Source of the DNA: Eledone cirrhosa
Lineage: Eukaryota
Reading direction: 5' to 3'
Assembly (NCBI GenBank): GCA_964016885.1
Contig: OZ024762.1
Span: 2,852,001 to 2,916,000, forward strand
Length of the DNA stretch: 64,000 bases
This document shows positions 58,075 through 64,000 of this stretch, one piece after another (position 1 is the stretch's first letter; each line of letters begins with the position of its first letter). Position numbers and translations under genes: made by a program. The notes under the pieces were generated by a model, which had not been told where the DNA came from, ran no database searches, and was given only the letters and a program-made list of their open reading frames with translations.

Positions 58075-58505
58075 TAACCTCTCCACTCTCTAACATGTCC
58101 ACGCTGTAACCTCTCCACTCTCTAACATGTCCACTCTCTAACCTGTCCACTCTGTAAACTGTCCACTCTCTAACATGTCCACACTGTAACCTCTCCACTC
58201 TCTAACATGTCCACTCTCTAACATGTCCACACTGTAACCTGTCCACTCTGTAACATGTCCACTCTGTAACATGTCTACATTGTAACCTGTCCACTCTATA
58301 AACTGTCCACTCTGTAACATGTCTACATTGTAACCTGTCCACTCTATAAACTGTCCACTCTCTAACATGTCTACATTGTAACCTGTCCACTCTAACTGTC
58401 CACTCTATAACATGTCCACTCTATAACATGTCCACTCTAACTGTCCACTCTATAACATGTCCACTCTAACTGTCCACTCTATAACATGTCCACTCTAACT
58501 GTCCA
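58075..58505. repeat. 13-16-bp modular minisatellite (TGTCCACTCT..AAC)
   Basis: Direct reading. Confidence 0.9.
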
Positions 58506-58974
58506 AGTTATGTCCAGTAGGTCTGCCGTGCTTCTGGCAAATATATTCAGTCATTAGAACTATTGATACATCTCATATTGTTGTTGTTGTTACTGCTGTT
58601 GTTGTTACTGCTGTTGTTGTAGTTACTGCTGTTGTTGTAGTTACTGCTGTTGTTTCTGTTGTTGTTGTTCTCAAAGCTTACTTGATAATTTTATTTTTTC
58701 TATAACGCACAATAATTATAGTTTTAATTAAGACTAATATTTCGACGTGTATGTCTGTGTATGTAGATATATCCATATGTCTGTGTATGTAGATATATCC
58801 ATATGTCTGTGTATGTAGATATATCCATGTCTGTGTATGTAGATATATCCATATGTCTGTGTATGTATGCAAGTGCACGTTTATACATAGATACATACAC
58901 ATGTATATGTGTGTAAGTGTGTGTCTTTACAAACAAATATGTGGACACAAACACACACACATATATATATATAC

Positions 58975-59015
<41 letters not shown>

Positions 59016-59057
59016 TTATATATATATATATATTATATATATATAAATATATAATTT

Positions 59058-59092
<35 letters not shown>

Positions 59093-59156
59093 ATAATTAA
59101 AGGTTAAACATATTTATATATATATATATATATGTGTGTGTGTTTGTGTCAACATG

Positions 59157-59253
<97 letters not shown>

Positions 59254-59565
59254 AGAGAGAGAGGGAGAATGTTGACACAAACACATAGATTTGTGCACAC
59301 ACACCTTTATGAATGTATAATACATACATATATGTGTATCATATATATATATATATGTTTGTGTATGAGTGAATATGTGTGTGTGTGTGTGCATTTGTGT
59401 GAGAGTGTGTGTGTGGATATGTGTGATGAGAAATAAGGAATGAAAAAGATTTATATCAAATAGATATGAAAAATGTGGCTACACAGATAAACAGACATTT
59501 AGGCATATGAGTGAGTGTGTGTATGTGTGTACATATGTGTGTGTGCGGAGAGACAGTCTAGTAGA

Positions 59566-59620
<55 letters not shown>

Positions 59621-59650
59621 TCTTTTTTACCTGTTCCTGATGACAGAGAG

Positions 59651-59740
<90 letters not shown>

Positions 59741-59835
59741 ATACACACACACACACACATACACACATGAATATCTGGCAGAAACTACCAAGACTTTGTG
59801 TTTTGGCATCACTGTATTTTGTCGTGTCTGTTTTT

Positions 59836-59879
<44 letters not shown>

Positions 59880-59895
59880 TATATAGATAAATACA

Positions 59896-59977
<82 letters not shown>

Positions 59978-60016
59978 AATATATATATAAATATATATAT
60001 AAATATATATATATAA

Positions 60017-60057
<41 letters not shown>

Positions 60058-60282
60058 TATATATATATATATATAAATAAATATATATATAAATAAATAT
60101 ATATATAAATAAATATATATATATAAATAAATATATATATATATAAATATATATATATAAATAAAAATATATATATATAAATAAATATATATATAAATAA
60201 ATATATATATAAATAAATATATATATATAAATAAATATCTATATATATATATAAATAAATATATATATATATAAATAAATAT

Positions 60283-60329
<47 letters not shown>

Positions 60330-60413
60330 TATATAAATATATATATATAAATAAATATATATATAAATAAATATATATAAATATATATATATATGAATAA
60401 ATATATATAAATA

Positions 60414-60444
<31 letters not shown>

Positions 60445-60588
60445 GAATAAATAAATATATATATATAAATAAATATATATATATAAATAAATATATATAT
60501 ATAAATAAATATATATATATAAATATATATATATATAAATATATATATATATAAATATATATATATATAAATATATATATAAATAAAT

Positions 60589-60672
<84 letters not shown>

Positions 60673-61004
60673 TAAGATAGATCTATAGTTAGATATATTG
60701 ACAGACACCAATATATATCTATATCTATATATCTATATCTATATATCTATATATCTATATATATATATATATATAGACATATGTACAGACACATATGATG
60801 TAATTGATGTGTAAACACGTAAATTGCTGGTAATTATGAAGTTGAAGACGACAAAACAAAAATCAGATTTGTGGCTGTTGAAGACGAAAGCAACGAAAGA
60901 ACCGCAAGATTGTTATTGGAAAATCTATTAATCTTTGTTTACTATTCCTACTATCTCTAAATTAGTGTTATTTGTACTGGTTCTACCTTTAATAATCTCA
61001 CAAC

Positions 61005-61225
61005 TTGGTAGAGTCGTTGCAACATCACAATGTGTTGTGATGTTTATTCTTGTTCTCTCTGCTCTGAGATCTGAGTTCAAATCCTGCCGAAGTCAACTTT
61101 GCCTTTCATACATTCGAGGTTGATAAAAAAAAGTACCAGTCATGTACTGGGGGTCGAATCTTCCTTGATGTCTCTTTCTCACTTCCATTCTCTCAGTCTG
61201 TCCTTCTCTGGAAGAAATCTGCTCC
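61005..61225 (+). mobile_element. Nin-domain-like SINE with the same 3' extension as the 7160 copy
   Basis: Core motif plus TTCTCACTTCC...CTCTGGAAGAAATCT. Confidence 0.8.
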
Positions 61226-61307
61226 ATTCAGACCTGGAGGTGAAATGGGATCTGTCGGGGTTTAAAAACTGCCCTAGAAATGCTGTATGTCAATAAGCGC
61301 TTCTATG

Positions 61308-61737
61308 ACTGCCCCAGGTGTCACGGGACCATACACTGCCCCAGGTGTCACGGGACCATACACTGCCCCAGGTGTCACGGGACCATACACTGCCCCAGGT
61401 GTCACGGGACCATACACTGCCCCAGGTGTCACGGGACCATACACTGCCCCAGGTGTCACGGGACCATACACTGCCCCAGGTGTCACGGGACCATACACTG
61501 CCCCAGGTGTCACGGGACCATACACTGCCCCAGGTGTCACGGGACCATACACTGCCCCAGGTGTCACGGGACCATACACTGCCCCAGGTGTCACGGGACC
61601 ATACACTGCCCCAGGTGTCACGGGACCATACACTGCCCCAGGTGTCACGGGACCATACACTGCCCCAGGTGTCACGGGACCATACACTGCCCCAGGTGTC
61701 ACGGGACCATACACTGCCCCAGGTGTCACGGGACCAC
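61308..61737. repeat. 27-bp minisatellite ACTGCCCCAGGTGTCACGGGACCATAC, about 16 identical copies
   Basis: Direct reading; no spacers. Confidence 0.97.
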
Positions 61738-61910
61738 ACACACCTTTAATAATTGACAGAGTTGTTAGAACATCAGATAGAATTGTTTGTGGTATTTGTT
61801 TTGGGCTTTCTCTGATCTTTCATTTGAGGTCAACTTTGTTGTGCATCCTTTGAGGCTGATCTAAAAAAAAAGGAACACACGCATACACACACGGACACAC
61901 ACACACACAC

Positions 61911-61951
<41 letters not shown>

Positions 61952-62462
61952 CACACACAACAGATGCATGTGTGAATAGATATATCCATGTGTGTGTGTA
62001 TATATATATATATGTTTGTGTGTGTGCATATATGTGTGTCTGTAATTATATGTGTGAATGTCTGTATATGTTTGTATATATATATGTGTGTGTATATATA
62101 TGTGTGTGTGTGTGTGTATGTATCAGAAAACAAGTATTTTGCTAAAAATGTCCTGCTTATTTGTTTTAAAAAAAAACAATAAAAATTGTTAGTTTTTTTC
62201 GTTATACTTTATATTTTTATTTGTATGTTTTTCTCTTTGATTTTCTGTTAAAGTAAATTGATCATAAATCATAAGAGTGAGGTGGGGGTCGGGTGGGGGT
62301 TGGAAGGGGGTGGAGGAAACTTAAATAAATAAAATAAATAAAAATTATATGTAATAAACAAATAAATAGATAAAAATAAAATTTAGAAAAAAATATATAT
62401 GTATACATTTATGTGTGTTTGTATATATATACATATATATATACATACATATATATATATAC

Positions 62463-62509
<47 letters not shown>

Positions 62510-62556
62510 AATATATATATATATATATACACATATATATATATATATATATACAC

Positions 62557-62587
<31 letters not shown>

Positions 62588-62661
62588 TGTATATATACAT
62601 ATATATACACACATATATATATACACACACATATACATATATATATATACACACACATATA

Positions 62662-62692
<31 letters not shown>

Positions 62693-62890
62693 GTTTGTGT
62701 GTGTATATATATATATATAAATAAACTATAAAAAGGGAGCAACAGTGAAGAAAAGAAAACTGCTATAATTAGGAATTTGACACAGCAAAACTTAAACAAA
62801 ATGTCCGCCATTTGTTTTCTTGTTTTTCTTTATTTTCATATCAGATATTGTTTTAAAATTTTAGTCGATAGTTTTCTTATTTTATTTTAT

Positions 62891-62930
<40 letters not shown>

Positions 62931-62977
62931 CTATATCTCTCTCTCTATATATATATATAGATATATAGATATATATT

Positions 62978-63026
<49 letters not shown>

Positions 63027-63740
63027 CAGCATAGTTTTGTTTTTTAGAAAAGAAAAAAAATCTGTAAAAATGAATGTGGGAGGTGGAGAGGCGAGGCATG
63101 GGGGCTGGGTGGGGTGGGGTGGTACCATGGGAAGGGGTGGAGTAATTATAGTGAAAGTGTTTCTGGAATGAATCGTGTCTGATGAAAGATTATTACAGGA
63201 TTTTGGTATTCTGTGAGTTTATTGGATATTAAATGGTATGGCTTGGTGGTGGGTGGGGGCTATGGGTTTTTTTGGCGGGGGGGGGGGATTGTTTTTGGTG
63301 GAGGTGGTGGTGTTGTTGTGGGTGGTGGTAGTGTTGGTGTTTGTGGTGTTAGTGATGGTGGTGGCAGTGTTGGTGTTTGTGGTGTTAGTGGTGGTAGTGT
63401 TGGTGGTGGTGGTGGTGGTAGTGGTGTTGGTGTTGTTGGTGTTGGTGTTGTTGTTGTTGGTGTTGTTAGTTTTGTTGGTCTGACTTGTTTCTTTAGAATC
63501 AACAAAAGTTTGAAAGAGAAGAAGACAGAAGTGTTTAAGGAAGAGTCTATTGTTAGTCATCTCTGTAAAAGAGGTATACCTGTTGCCATCTCTCCTGCTC
63601 TCCCCATCTTTCACTATTAAAGGATTTAGGGGCCTGGCAGACAGAATAGAGAAGTTGTTTCCCCAGAGGATGGTGAGGGAGATGTGCTGGAAAAGCCATT
63701 CCAGCTCACGTGGTTCACACCTGCAGGTAGCCAGCTCTGT

Positions 63741-64000
63741 GCCGATGGTGCTGAGTAGGGAGGTGGTCCTAGGGCCAAGGACACCAGAAGCCGATGGTGC
63801 TGAGTAGGGAGGTGGTCCTAGGGCCAAGGACACCAGAAGCCGATGGTGGTGAGTAGGGAGGTGGTCCTAGGGCCAAGGACACCAGAAGCCGATGGTGCTG
63901 AGTAGGGAGGTGGTCCTAGGGCCAAGGACACCAGAAGCCGATGGTGGTGAATAGGGAGGTGGTCCTAGGGCCAAGGACACCAGAAGCCGATGGTGGTGAG
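63741..64000. repeat. 49-bp GC-rich minisatellite, at least 5 copies, running off the window
   Basis: GCCGATGGTG(C/G)TGAGTAGGGAGGTGGTCCTAGGGCCAAGGACACCAGAA. Confidence 0.95.

Noticed and set aside
59620-59660. CTGATGA-CAGAGA-GAAA-TATATA hammerhead-like string
   Set aside because: No stem II or stem I pairing; stem III comes from the (TA)n flank.
61274-61853. CRISPR-like array or CxxCH heme-binding-like (CPRCH)n protein
   Set aside because: Head-to-tail 27-bp units with no spacers, eukaryotic context, and several frames open because the unit is a multiple of 3.
63497-63740. Possible plus-strand exon after TTTCTTTAG
   Set aside because: No recognisable protein in any frame and no convincing donor.

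Overview
This window is eukaryotic, AT-rich and saturated with microsatellites. The SINE families and repeat make-up look like a cephalopod (Octopus-like) intron or intergenic region; that assignment comes from recall, not a search. Almost every entry in the ORF track is a translation of (TA)n, (CA)n, (CAC)n or minisatellite DNA. The real coding remnants are all retrotransposon pieces: a Penelope-like (PLE) GIY-YIG endonuclease ORF (13978-14663, minus), an RTE LINE RT/thumb 3' end (35889-36920, minus), an L1/Tx1-like ORF2 3' end (5088-5587, minus) and a decayed RTE-like piece with a C2H2 finger (~47043-47598). There are also two or three tRNA-derived SINE families, MITEs and many minisatellites. 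The main unexplained signal is a population of short (100-330 bp) elements, mostly sitting in (TA)n tracts. They carry type I hammerhead-ribozyme motifs (about 14 copies, at least 7 sequence families). Several share a covarying 3' stem-loop with a UU bulge (ACTC-NNN-loop-NNN-TT-GAGT), and several are folded into near-perfect palindromes centred on the hammerhead core. No host gene can be named; only weak candidate exons are seen.
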